64,000 nt of DNA from Sedimentisphaerales bacterium (GTDB lineage: Bacteria; Planctomycetota; Phycisphaerae; Sedimentisphaerales; SM23-30). A program made the position numbers and the translations under genes. The notes under the pieces were generated by a model that searched no databases, was not told the origin of the DNA, and worked only from the letters and a program-made list of their open reading frames with translations. Shown piece after piece: positions 42,516-52,207 of this stretch (positions within the stretch are counted from its first letter, which is position 1; the number at the start of each line of letters is the position of its first letter). The stretch lies in NCBI GenBank assembly GCA_963663805.2, contig CAXXMR010000015.1:96001-160000 (forward strand). The letters are read 5' to 3'.

Positions 42516-43913
42516 CTAAGCGGCCCAGCCGCCTTTGACTGCAAGCGAACGAATATAGACTTCGGCGACAAGCCTACCAGCTATATTCGTTCTCGATGAA
42601 ATTTGGCCGCGAAGTTCTTGCTCCGCCGGCTCGGGACCACGCCGAGGATTTTCCCCGCCACACTGACAATATCCGTAAACATTGCCATTCCGGGAAATTC
42701 GGGAAAATGCAGGGGCAGGAGCACTCAACGACACACCCGGAATCCGTTGTTGTTGTTCATGTTGTTCGGGTTGTTGTTGTTGCGGTTCGAGACCGTACAG
42801 TTGTTGTCGTTGTTGTTCCAACCGCCGCCGCGCAGAACGCGGTAGCTTATCCGGCGTCGCCCTTGTGAAACTCCAGTCTTTGCATAATCGACAAAGTAAT
42901 TTATAGTCATTGGTATGACTGCTATGTCCTATCCAACTGGCAAGTCTTGGTTTGATGTAATCGAGGTCGATAATCCCACAGGCGTAAGCTTTTTGCATCC
43001 ATCGGATACGTTTTCGGAAGGATTTGATATTGTCTTTTCGCAAGACCCTATGATACGGCCAGAGTCGCATCCCGACAAAAGTCAGACCCGCCTTGACCGG
43101 TCTGATAAAGCTTTTAGTCGTATGAATCCGAAGCCGAATACTTTGCAGACAGGTCTTGACATCCTCACGCAGCGTCACTAAAGAGTCCCTGTCTTTTGCC
43201 AATATAATAAAATCATCGCAATATCTCACATAACTGCCGTACCCACACTCCTTTGTGATAAAATGGTCCAAGCCGTTCAGATACCAGTTAGCAAACCATT
43301 GACTGGTCAAATTGCCGATAGGAAGACCATGGCGGTGTTCCCCAGGTGTAAACAAGTCATCGCCGGCAAACCATTCCATCTCTGACGGCTGCGGATTAGA
43401 ACAGTCCACAGTCAAGTCCATCAGGGCAAGCACATTTTTGTCTTTGATGAGCCGACGAAACATCTCTTTCAATGCGTTATGGTCAATACTCGGAAAAAAT
43501 TTGCATATATCACACTGCAAAGCATATTTATTGTGTTTCATCAGATATTGGAGCCTGTTCGCCGCGGCATGGGTTCCCTTCTCCTTGCGACAGGCGTAAC
43601 TGTCCGGATGAAAATGCCGGTCCAGAATCGGTTCCAGGACATTCATCATAGCGTGATGTACCACTCTATCCCGATACGGAGCCGCGGAAATCATCCGCCG
43701 CTTGGGGCGTGTTATCCAATGGGTCTTAAAGTCGCCAGGCAGATAATCACCCGCGAGAAGCTCATCCTGCAACCGCAGCAGCTCGGATTCGAGATCGAAC
43801 TCAAACCGCTGGACACACCTCTTGCTGCGCTTGCCTCGCCTTGACTTGCGGGCCGCCAAAACAAGGTTCTCCCAACTTATCAGTTTTTCCCATAGATTGC
43901 CATAGCGTTTCAT
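42516..43913 (-). CDS. DGR reverse transcriptase
   Basis: KRRMISAAPYRDRVVHHA, YACRKEKGTH, CDICKFFPSIDH, GLPIGNLTSQ (DGR-type SQ motif), YVRYCDD catalytic motif; downstream of avd; the ORF runs through the TR. Confidence 0.96.
   Translation of the reverse strand: MKRYGNLWEKLISWENLVLAARKSRRGKRSKRCVQRFEFDLESELLRLQDELLAGDYLPGDFKTHWITRPKRRMISAAPYRDRVVHHAMMNVLEPILDRHFHPDSYACRKEKGTHAAANRLQYLMKHNKYALQCDICKFFPSIDHNALKEMFRRLIKDKNVLALMDLTVDCSNPQPSEMEWFAGDDLFTPGEHRHGLPIGNLTSQWFANWYLNGLDHFITKECGYGSYVRYCDDFIILAKDRDSLVTLREDVKTCLQSIRLRIHTTKSFIRPVKAGLTFVGMRLWPYHRVLRKDNIKSFRKRIRWMQKAYACGIIDLDYIKPRLASWIGHSSHTNDYKLLCRLCKDWSFTRATPDKLPRSARRRLEQQRQQLYGLEPQQQQPEQHEQQQRIPGVSLSAPAPAFSRISRNGNVYGYCQCGGENPRRGPEPAEQELRGQISSRTNIAGRLVAEVYIRSLAVKGGWAA
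42710..42847 (-). repeat. DGR template repeat (TR)
   Basis: 138-bp gap-free match to 44321-44458; in the target frame it reads YRVLRGGGWNNNDNNCTVSNRNNNNPNNMNNNNGFRVCR* with 16 AAC codons. Confidence 0.97.
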
Positions 43914-44245
43914 CTGCTTTTACTCCATCCGCCGGCCTGGGAACCAATCGCCAGCAGACTCTTTGAACCAAAGCCGTAACTTTTCACAGCCAAAACAGCC
44001 AAATCTTTTGATAACCGCAACTGGAATCGCAAAATCTCCAGTTCGATGTTCACATCGTCCAGCAGGACTCTCTTTTCTTTGTGGTACTTGGCCTTCAGCA
44101 ATAACTCCAGAATCTTCTGCATCCGGCTTTCCATCGCATAACCCAACGAATACCGATGATGACGCGGATACTTTTCAATATGCCGAATCATCCACAGCAT
44201 AAAATCGTAAAAATCCTGTATGATTTTCAATTCTTCATTTTTCAT
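43910..44245 (-). CDS. avd: DGR accessory variability determinant (Avd, four-helix bundle)
   Basis: 111 aa; KYPRHHRYSLG, ELEILRFQLRL, IGSQAGGW motifs; stop overlaps the RT start (ATGA). Confidence 0.92.
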   Translation of the reverse strand: MKNEELKIIQDFYDFMLWMIRHIEKYPRHHRYSLGYAMESRMQKILELLLKAKYHKEKRVLLDDVNIELEILRFQLRLSKDLAVLAVKSYGFGSKSLLAIGSQAGGWSKSR

Positions 44246-44256
44246 TTTTTTAGCGA

Positions 44257-44275
44257 CCAGGGGCTACGCCCCTGG
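44257..44275 (-). promoter_or_regulatory. DGR target-recognition hairpin downstream of the VR
   Basis: CCAGGGGC-GTA-GCCCCTGG on the coding strand: perfect 8-bp GC stem with 3-nt loop, ~45 nt past the end of TR/VR homology; absent after the TR. Confidence 0.8.
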
Positions 44276-44320
44276 ACCCCGCAAAGGGTAAAAGGACAAA
44301 GAGCAAAGGATAAATAAATC

Positions 44321-44458
44321 CAGGGGCAGGAGCACTCAACGACACACCCGGAATCCGTAGCTGCCGTACATGTGGTTCGGGGTGCCGTTGTAGCGGTACG
44401 CAACCGTACAGTAGGTGCCGTTGCCGCCCCAGCAGCCGCCGCGCAGAACGCGGTAGCT
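44321..44458 (-). repeat. DGR variable repeat (VR) with IMH
   Basis: Encodes YRVLRGGCWGGNGTYCTVAYRYNGTPNHMYGSYGFRVCR*; 22 differences from the TR, 18 at TR adenines; shared GC-rich 3' tail GTGCTCCTGCCCCTG, then divergence. Confidence 0.97.
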
Positions 44459-45427
44459 AGATTCAGGATCATATAAGCTGCTGGTCCACTCCCATACATT
44501 GCCGGCCATATCGCACATGCCATAGCCAGATATTCCGAAGGCACCAACCGCCGTGGTGCCGTACGGATGGATGGAACCGCGATAGTTCGCTATACTGTTA
44601 TCGATAGTCGTCCCGCAGCCATAGGTATAGCTGCCGTTATGGTCCGCTACCGCCTGCCATTCCCACTCCGTCGGCAGACGCCACCCGTAGTAGCTCGCAA
44701 AGGACGTTGAACCATACCAGCTCACATAAGTAACAGGGTGATTCTCAAAACCGCTGTCAACCGTAAAGGAACTGCCCGTCCAGTTGATTCGGGCCGCACC
44801 ACCGTTGGTGGCCCCATCGGTAGTATATCCCGGACCATCAAGTCGATAATAATCCTCACCGGAATAAGGACCGCTGTTGCCTACAACATAATTGCCGCTG
44901 ACAATAACATCTCCCGAAGCAAGGGCCGCATTAAGATACTCACAATACTGCGCATTGGTGGTCTCGTATCTGCTCATCTGACCATTGAAGCCTTCGTGGC
45001 CGGAAACGCCCGGGTCGTTGATAGACACCCATACCATCCCCGCAGGACCATCCACAAAACCATCATCAGCGGTCACCTTGACCCGGTAGGTCGTACCGTA
45101 AGCACCCGGCAGATCGGTCTTGCTGTTCCAGACAATGTACCTATTGCCAGGATAGATGTTCGAGCCAATATAGCCTGACAGCGATGAAGGCGAGGGTGTT
45201 ATCGTCCACGTGCTGCCATCGTTATTGCTGACAGCTATACTGACCGTGCATTTGTCGTTGTCGGCATCAGCCAGCGTATAGTATATATCCACAATTCCGC
45301 TGTCATCGCCCCGCTGGGAGGCGGAGACGTTACTGACCGCCGGGGGGGAATTCGCCCAGGCCAGATTGGCACAGACCGCCATTAACATAATTGACCAAAT
45401 TAAAGTTCTGGAATTGAGATTGACCAT
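44336..45427 (-). CDS. DGR target protein: signal peptide + Ig-like domain + FGE-sulfatase (CLec-fold) domain
   Basis: Signal peptide ending LAWA; YETTNAQY, HPVTYVSW, RLPTEWEW, GMCDMAGNVWEW, RVLRGG...GFRV. Confidence 0.93.
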   Translation of the reverse strand: MVNLNSRTLIWSIMLMAVCANLAWANSPPAVSNVSASQRGDDSGIVDIYYTLADADNDKCTVSIAVSNNDGSTWTITPSPSSLSGYIGSNIYPGNRYIVWNSKTDLPGAYGTTYRVKVTADDGFVDGPAGMVWVSINDPGVSGHEGFNGQMSRYETTNAQYCEYLNAALASGDVIVSGNYVVGNSGPYSGEDYYRLDGPGYTTDGATNGGAARINWTGSSFTVDSGFENHPVTYVSWYGSTSFASYYGWRLPTEWEWQAVADHNGSYTYGCGTTIDNSIANYRGSIHPYGTTAVGAFGISGYGMCDMAGNVWEWTSSLYDPESSYRVLRGGCWGGNGTYCTVAYRYNGTPNHMYGSYGFRVCR

Positions 45428-45614
45428 GCTATGACCTCCGTTTTCTTCGAGCCTGCGGCTCTGACAAATATTATTGGCTTATGCCCCCCTCGACAGGGTA
45501 AGGGCAAAATAGTTAAGTACCTTTTATGATTGCACTGATGTCGCGTTGCCGGATTATTAACTGCCCGGCGGGTGCCGGAAGGCCCCAAAGAACAGTAATC
45601 CTCCGAACCGAATC

Positions 45615-45643
45615 ATTATACCAAAGAAGATATGCCTTGTCTA
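45615..45643 (-). promoter_or_regulatory. sigma70-type promoter of the DGR operon
   Basis: -35 TAGACA (45638-45643), 17-bp spacer, extended -10 TGgTATAAT (45615-45623). Confidence 0.7.
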
Positions 45644-46032
45644 TCGTGGTTACTACGGTTTTTTGCGGTTTTGTCAGTTTTTCAAGATTTGGCAGTTGAG
45701 ACTTAAAGACTTGTTATATATGCCGTTATGGTTACAGAGAGGATGTTTTAGGCAGTTTGTCGGGTATCAAAAAAAAGACATTTTCACCAGAAACTGAACT
45801 TGCTTATTTGATTATTGGTTCCTGGTCTTCTAATCATCCCTTTGCAATCTCCCCCACCCAAGCCTCCCCATAATCCTGCGAAAACCACCTCACATCCTTG
45901 CTGCGACCAGACCCTGTTCCTGGACGGTGAAAATCAAATTTGATTTTGGAATAAAAACAGGTATACTGTGCTATGCAGCTCAATGGATTTGCAAGAGAGA
46001 TCAACTGTCCAGCAATTCGAGAGCAATAGCTG

Positions 46033-46344
46033 ATGTTTACCAAAAACAAGCAAACAGACCAGGACTACCGAGAACTTTTTGCTGCCTTTTTCAGCAAATT
46101 CCCGAATAATCGCCTACAAGCTGAGACAGGCCGCATCCTGACAAGGCTTTTGGCCGGCGATATCTCTCTGCCTGGCAAACCCGCCGGTTGGGTAGCCGGC
46201 ACTATCTATGCGGTAGCCAACCAGGGCCGTCGCCCTTGCGGCATACCCGGTGTTCTAAACCAGGAGTGTGAGGATTTCTTTCACATTTCGATAGGAACGG
46301 TTTACCGACGGGCGGCGCAGATAAGGTCATTGCTGGGGGGATGA
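46033..46344 (+). CDS. Small helical protein (DUF6398-like)
   Basis: GKPAGWVAGTIYAVA...CEDFFHISIGTVYRRAAQI. Confidence 0.5.
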   Translation: MFTKNKQTDQDYRELFAAFFSKFPNNRLQAETGRILTRLLAGDISLPGKPAGWVAGTIYAVANQGRRPCGIPGVLNQECEDFFHISIGTVYRRAAQIRSLLGG

Positions 46345-46416
46345 GTATTGCCTTCCCATAAACCTGCGAGAATTTCAGACACAACCACAATCACCCGCCG
46401 ACCATGATTTCAGCAA

Positions 46417-48348
46417 TCATGTCGGATAAAATTCTCCCACTCTGACCTGTCCATACTCCTGGTTGAACTCCGGGCAGTGCCACTGGCTGCCCGCGGCAAT
46501 TATTCGCTGGTTGTCAGTGCACAAATCTTCAATGGCACTGTATTGATATTGTCCCTGGGCTACTATTTCCCAATCTGTACCATCCCAGCGTACCAGTGTG
46601 GCCGGGCCTAAACCGACAATCGAGCTGAACTCTCCGCCGACAATCAACTCCCCGGCAAACAGCACCGAATCGCGAATAGTCCCCCGGCAATACTTGTCAT
46701 AACGCACCCACTCATTCCCAACCAACTCATAGACCCCGTGACCTTCGGTGCAGGCAAACAATCGCGCATCGAGGCTGCGCAGTTTCAGGACAGTCCCCGG
46801 CAGGCCACCAGCCACCGGTTCCCATTTCTCATTAGCGGTGTTCCATTTGGCGACATACTTGAGCCAGACAGGATTGTTATGGAACGTTCGCGTAAATGAA
46901 CCGCCGATATATATTTCACCGTTGTGTTCTTCGATGGTATGAACTCTGCCATTTACACCATCGCCCAGGGCGTGGTATTCGCTGCCATCCCAAAGGGCGA
47001 TATTACGGGCTTCGATATCGGCGGGCTGACGATAACTGTTTAAGCCAAATATTAAACCTTCACTATTTTCCATAACAGAATTATATCCGCCTTTGAACTG
47101 TTCAAAACTCTCGCCGTCCCAGGTAAAAACTTCACTGGCCGTGGTTCTGATATAGAGTTTGTCGCCATACCAAACCATCTGATTGTAATGTTCTCCTACC
47201 GCTCCACTGCCGATGGGATACCAATCTACACCATCCCAATAAGCGGCGTGAGCGACACCACCTTTACCGTCTTGAATCTCAAAGTTGCCACAGGCGTAGA
47301 GGATACCTTCGTGCCAGAGCAGGGCACTTACTACGCTGGATATATTACCATCAAACCCTCCACCTAAGGCATGCCAATTGATACCATCCCACACAGCGAC
47401 ACGCAGGGCATCAACACCGGCAATACGGCTGAATGTACCGCCCATAACAATATCATCGTCTAATCCAGCCAGACAGTTAATCCGGGCATCAACATAACTG
47501 TAAATTTCTGTCCAGCTATCACTATCCAGACGATAAACACCATCTAAGGTAACTGCGTATAAATCATCGTTAATGAAATGCAGATTCGATACTGTTGAAT
47601 CGAGCCCATCGCCGACGGTGAACCATTCCTCGCTATCCCACCTGGCAAAACCAGCGACAGGGACACCGCCTGCCTGCGTAAAATTACCAGAGACAAAAAG
47701 ATTGCCGCTATTTTCATCAATCGCCAGGGCAGTGGCAGGACCATTTAAACCACTACCCAAGGCTTGCCAGTCGGTGCCGTCATAAACCCCTATTCGACTA
47801 ACTGAGACTGCTCCGGCGAACTGGAAGTTACCCGCGGCATAGACCAATTCTTTATGATGTGTTTCGTCGTTATATACAGCCAGAGCGATTACCTCATCGT
47901 TAAGCCCATTCCCTAGGGGCAGCCACTGAGAACCATCCCAGCAGCCGATATGGTTTAATTCGACCTCACCAGAATGCCTAAAACCACCACCGGCATAAAT
48001 ACCATTTTGTCCGGCCGCTAATGAGGTGACTTTTCCGTTAAGACCTGCCCCCAGAGCCTGCCAGTTACTGCTGGAAAAAACCGCGATATTATTAACGATT
48101 GTTTCACCGGAAGTCGCAAATTTACCCCCGGCGTAAATCTCATCATCCCAAACAGCCAGGGCCCGCACCGTACCATCCAGCCCGGCACCTAAATCTGTCC
48201 ATTCTTCATTAATGTATGCCGCTATATGACTGCTGAAATCACCCCCGGCGATAATGTTTGAGCCATCCATTGCCAGTGTTCTTACCGTACCGTCAAGCCC
48301 TGCGTCCAGATTACTTAAAATGCCATCTTCTTCCAGTAAACAAACAAA
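46417..48348 (-). pseudogene. 3' part of a large beta-propeller repeat protein interrupted by IS200
   Basis: Repeats of W..LG.GL.G.V..L......IYAGG.F; frame is open up to the IS boundary. Confidence 0.8.
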
Positions 48349-48940
48349 TCAATGACCACCGGCAGAGCCGGTGGTATGAGGAAGGCCCCTAAAAGGGGCC
48401 ATTACAGTTAGTCTAATCCTTTTTCAATATTTTGCTCATGCTTGTCCTGATCTTGAATGTACTTACGAATATGGGCTTCATCAAGACCAACGGTACTTAC
48501 ACAATAACCGCGAGACCAAAAACTGCGGCCAAAGAGAGTGCCTTTGGTACGCATCAGATCACGAGAAATCCGGATGGCACTTTTACCTTTGAGATAACCG
48601 ATGGTCATAGCGATGCTGTACTTGGGCGGAACGCTCAGGAGCATATGAATATGGTCTGCCATGGCGTTACCTTCTATAAGCTCTATCCCATATTGGCGGC
48701 ACAATTCTCGCAATATCGCACCTATTTCCTTTCGCAACTTACCAAATATTGCTTTGCGACGATATTTGGGTACAATAACAACATGATACTTACAGTCCCA
48801 TTTTACATGGGCCTGACTCTGCCAGTCTTTCATAGTGTCCTCCTTGACCCCAGGAGCCTTCCTCAAGGAGGACCATTGTAACGCACTTAACGGCAGAGCC
48901 TTATAAATTCTCACCGGCAGAGCCGGTGGATTAGCTTGGA
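48349..48940 (-). mobile_element. IS200-type insertion sequence
   Basis: Subterminal hairpins CACCGGCAGAGCCGGTG at both ends (48355-48375, 48912-48928) flanking a Y1 transposase; no tnpB. Confidence 0.92.
48408..48833 (-). CDS. tnpA: IS200/IS605 Y1 transposase
   Basis: CKYHVVIVPKYRRK, HUH motif DHIHML, FWSRGYCVSTVG, catalytic YIQDQ. Confidence 0.95.
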   Translation of the reverse strand: MKDWQSQAHVKWDCKYHVVIVPKYRRKAIFGKLRKEIGAILRELCRQYGIELIEGNAMADHIHMLLSVPPKYSIAMTIGYLKGKSAIRISRDLMRTKGTLFGRSFWSRGYCVSTVGLDEAHIRKYIQDQDKHEQNIEKGLD

Positions 48941-51255
48941 TTTAGAGCATCTGCCACCCCGGCCTGTGTGAACCGCCCGCCGACATAGAGATTGTCATCA
49001 TCGTCGATGGCCAGAGCGTTGGCCAGGGGAGAATTACCTGTCAGTCCGGAGCCGAGCTTTAGCCATTGGTTGTCATACCACTGGGCGATGCAGTTGTAAC
49101 CTGTTTCGCCGTCAATTTCGATTGTCCCGCTCGCAGCGACAAATACTATTCCCTTACTATCTACCGCCAGAGCGTTGGTGTTTCGATTGAATACCCCGCC
49201 CAGCTCCTGCCAGTTTGAGCCATCATATTCAGCGACATGATACTCACCTGTGGTATCGTTATATGTCCCCACAAACACACTGCTGCCATCCGAGGCGATA
49301 CCTTTAAACTGCGTATAGTCCGACTCGATGGCATTCCAGATTTCACCATCCCAGCAGGCCAGGCGGTAATATACCGTCGGATAAGATGAACGCCAGTTGC
49401 CGATGGCATAAACCCCATCATTCGTTAGAGCAGTCTCAGATGGCCCGGCGGTAATGCTTATCCCTTCCTCACAAGCTGACATCTCAAACCAGCCGTCTTC
49501 TTCACTATAGCCGGCCAGATAATTGGCAGTCAGCGCCCCTCCGATACAATCGAAATCACCGCCAATGTATAGCCCTTCTGCGCGGCCTTTCAGGGCATGA
49601 ACCGGCATACTATATTTAATGTTCAGGCCGCCACTGAGAGTTAACCAGTCATCTTCCGCCGGGTCATAAACAGCCAGGTGAGCCAATGCTTTTTCATCTG
49701 TAGCATTGCCCGTGAAATAACCCCCGGCGTACAATTTACCATCCCAGGATTCCAGGGCATAAACAGTATTATTGAACCCGCTGCCAACCTGCGACCAGGC
49801 AGAGCCGGAGAATTTTGCGATTCGCTCGCATGACTCGCCATCGGCCAAACGAGTGAAATCGCCTCCGGCATAAAGATTGCCGTTATGCCAGGTTATGGCA
49901 GAGACACTGCCGTTTAACCATTTCTCGTCGCCGCCTAACCTCTCCCAATCGGAGCCATCCCAGGTAACCACGCCCAAACCACCGACATAGAGCAGATTAT
50001 TATGAACTTCGGCGACATAACAAATCGGAGTGTTTCCCAGGTAATAGGATGCACCTTCCATCGCTGCCCAACGTTCGCTGCTAAAATTATACTGCGCTAA
50101 CCCGTTAGCGTCATCGCCCAGATAGTTACCGACATTAGTGAAATTCCCGCCGGCGTAAATGTATTGTCCATCGGAGCAGATAGTCTTACCGCCGGTGTCA
50201 CTGAAATCACCGACCGGATGCCAGCTGCTGCCATCCCAGCGACCCAGCCCGTTGAGGGTGATATTATCGGGATCGCTAAGATTCATCAGAGGCCCGTAGG
50301 CGACCGTAAAATTACCGATAGCGTATATGTCACCGTTCAGTTCGCAAAGGCCATAGACGAACCCTTTATAATTGAAGCCATTACCTAAAGCCTGCCAGCG
50401 GTTACTGCCATCGGTCCAGGCGATATTATTGACAATATTATAATCAAGAGATGATACAACTTCCCGCATGAATCTACCCCCGGCGTAGATTTTTGAATCT
50501 GCAATCAGGATATCATAGACTGCCGTAACGCGGTCATAGCCACTGGCCAGCCATGAATCCTGACCGGCAACATTAGCCCAGGACGAGCCGGTATATTTGG
50601 CGATATACCCATAGGTGACATAATCTCCCGGCGGCACAGGCAAACCAGGACTGTTTCCGACCGTAAAATTACCACCGGCATATAAAGTGGAGCCGGAAAG
50701 AGCCAGACAAAAAATCCCGGCCCCGGCCCCGCCACTTATATGCCAGTCGCCCGGCTCCAAATCGGAAAAACTCGAACCGTTCCATTTGGTGATATATTTC
50801 ATGGCCTGACCGTCTACGGTAGTAAAATTCCCGGCGATATAAACCGTCGAGCCGGAAGCTGCCAGGGCATAGACCTCACCATTTTCGATTCCGCTTTCAG
50901 GGTCTAAGGGGGCCCATTCGCCAACTTCGCCATCTAAGATCGCCACACGACTGGCAGCTGCCTGACCGATATGAGTGAAGCTGCCGCCGGCGTAAACTTT
51001 ATCAGCGGCAACCGCCGCAGCATATACACTGCCATCGGTATATCGGTCACCCTCTTCAGAGTTGAGGTCATTCCAGGGTGATAATACCAGTCTGCCATCT
51101 TTGAGTTTGGCCGGAATATAACGATTGATATATGCCGCTGATAATACGCCATCATTTATTCGGATGGGGATAGCCGGTTGACCGATATCATTGGCATAAT
51201 GAGCTTCCAGCTCGCCGTTAGCGTTGGCTGAGATGAATAATCCGTTCATGTACAA
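48931..51255 (-). pseudogene. 5' part of the beta-propeller repeat protein (possible tail/receptor-binding or cargo protein)
   Basis: LYAGGDFT-type repeats; terminated by the IS end. Confidence 0.8.
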
Positions 51256-51263
51256 TATTTTCC

Positions 51264-51959
51264 TTAGCCCAGACGCAGATTGGTTACTGCCATCGGTCCC
51301 TCAGCGTCAGTAATCGCCTCGACGGTGTTACTTGCCGGGCCATAATAAATGTTTTCATTTACCGCTCTAAACGCTCGAACTCGCCACGCAGTTGCCGTGC
51401 CGTGGCCGATTGATGTGCTTATCCAGGCATAATTACACTGGGAGAGATATACACTCTTATAGCTCTGGGCTGATACCGTATCCTGCGGCTGCCATTGCCC
51501 TGCGAAGTGTCGTTCGATACTAAAACCGTCCGGGCTTTCCGGTTCGCCGGTTCGGTCATAATGCCAGAACAATTTTATCCTGCCGCCGCTCAATAAGGCA
51601 GCGGTGAGATTCCGGGGGATATTACCAACAGCCAAATCTGAATTGCCGTCCGAGTCTGTAATTACAATCAGCGGTGTCGATAGCTCTGAGGCCTGACCAA
51701 ATAAACCGATATTCTGAAAGGCAAAATAATAAGTACTCTCAGCAGCGAGTTCAACCGGTACCTCGACAGAATCGACATTATCAGTATATGTGTATATTAT
51801 CTGACTATCAACAAAATCTGTGCTATCGCTCTGGTAAATCAATCCAAACTCCTCGCGACGCGGCCAGCCGCCCGGCGGCGTTAGGGACAAAAACGACCAT
51901 CTGCCTGCCGGAGAGGCACCTGCACCGAGTTGAGCTTTCAGGAACAGGGTATCTATCAT
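51264..51959 (-). CDS. Fibronectin type III-like protein
   Basis: IPRNLTAA...IKLFW...GFSIER...WRVRAF...GPASN. Confidence 0.6.
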   Translation of the reverse strand: MIDTLFLKAQLGAGASPAGRWSFLSLTPPGGWPRREEFGLIYQSDSTDFVDSQIIYTYTDNVDSVEVPVELAAESTYYFAFQNIGLFGQASELSTPLIVITDSDGNSDLAVGNIPRNLTAALLSGGRIKLFWHYDRTGEPESPDGFSIERHFAGQWQPQDTVSAQSYKSVYLSQCNYAWISTSIGHGTATAWRVRAFRAVNENIYYGPASNTVEAITDAEGPMAVTNLRLG

Positions 51960-52207
51960 AGCGCCGCCGTAATAGTTCGGATAAGTTTGGTTGGATCGGT
52001 AGTTTCATCCCAGGCAACCGTATAAAGGTCAGCATTATCAGCGTAATTACGGATTATCATCGTACCATCCGCCTTGGTGGTTATGACCTTATTAGCCCAG
52101 AAGGCCGCCGCAATCGCCAGAGACGCAGCGGTGTCACTACTGCCGGCCAGTGTCCCTGCATCAACGTGCAATGTATCACTTAAATCCTGACTGTCGCCAG
52201 AAATCAA
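51956..52207 (-). CDS. Hypothetical protein (possibly a gene remnant)
   Basis: 83-aa ORF overlapping both neighbours. Confidence 0.35.
   Translation of the reverse strand: MISGDSQDLSDTLHVDAGTLAGSSDTAASLAIAAAFWANKVITTKADGTMIIRNYADNADLYTVAWDETTDPTKLIRTITAAL

Noticed and set aside
42725..42910. 61-aa Asn-rich ORF as a real gene
   Set aside because: It is the TR read in the target frame
42516..43913. Group II intron or retron RT
   Set aside because: No maturase/endonuclease domain or intron ends seen; avd, the SQ motif and an A-biased TR/VR pair identify a DGR
45430..45610. Known riboswitch in the DGR leader
   Set aside because: No recognisable c-di-GMP, cobalamin, TPP or SAM consensus by eye
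48349..48940. IS605-type element with TnpB/omega RNA
   Set aside because: Only tnpA fits between the two terminal hairpins
46417..51255. Phage tail protein as a second DGR target
   Set aside because: No sequence resembling the TR was seen at its 3' end or elsewhere in the window, by eye
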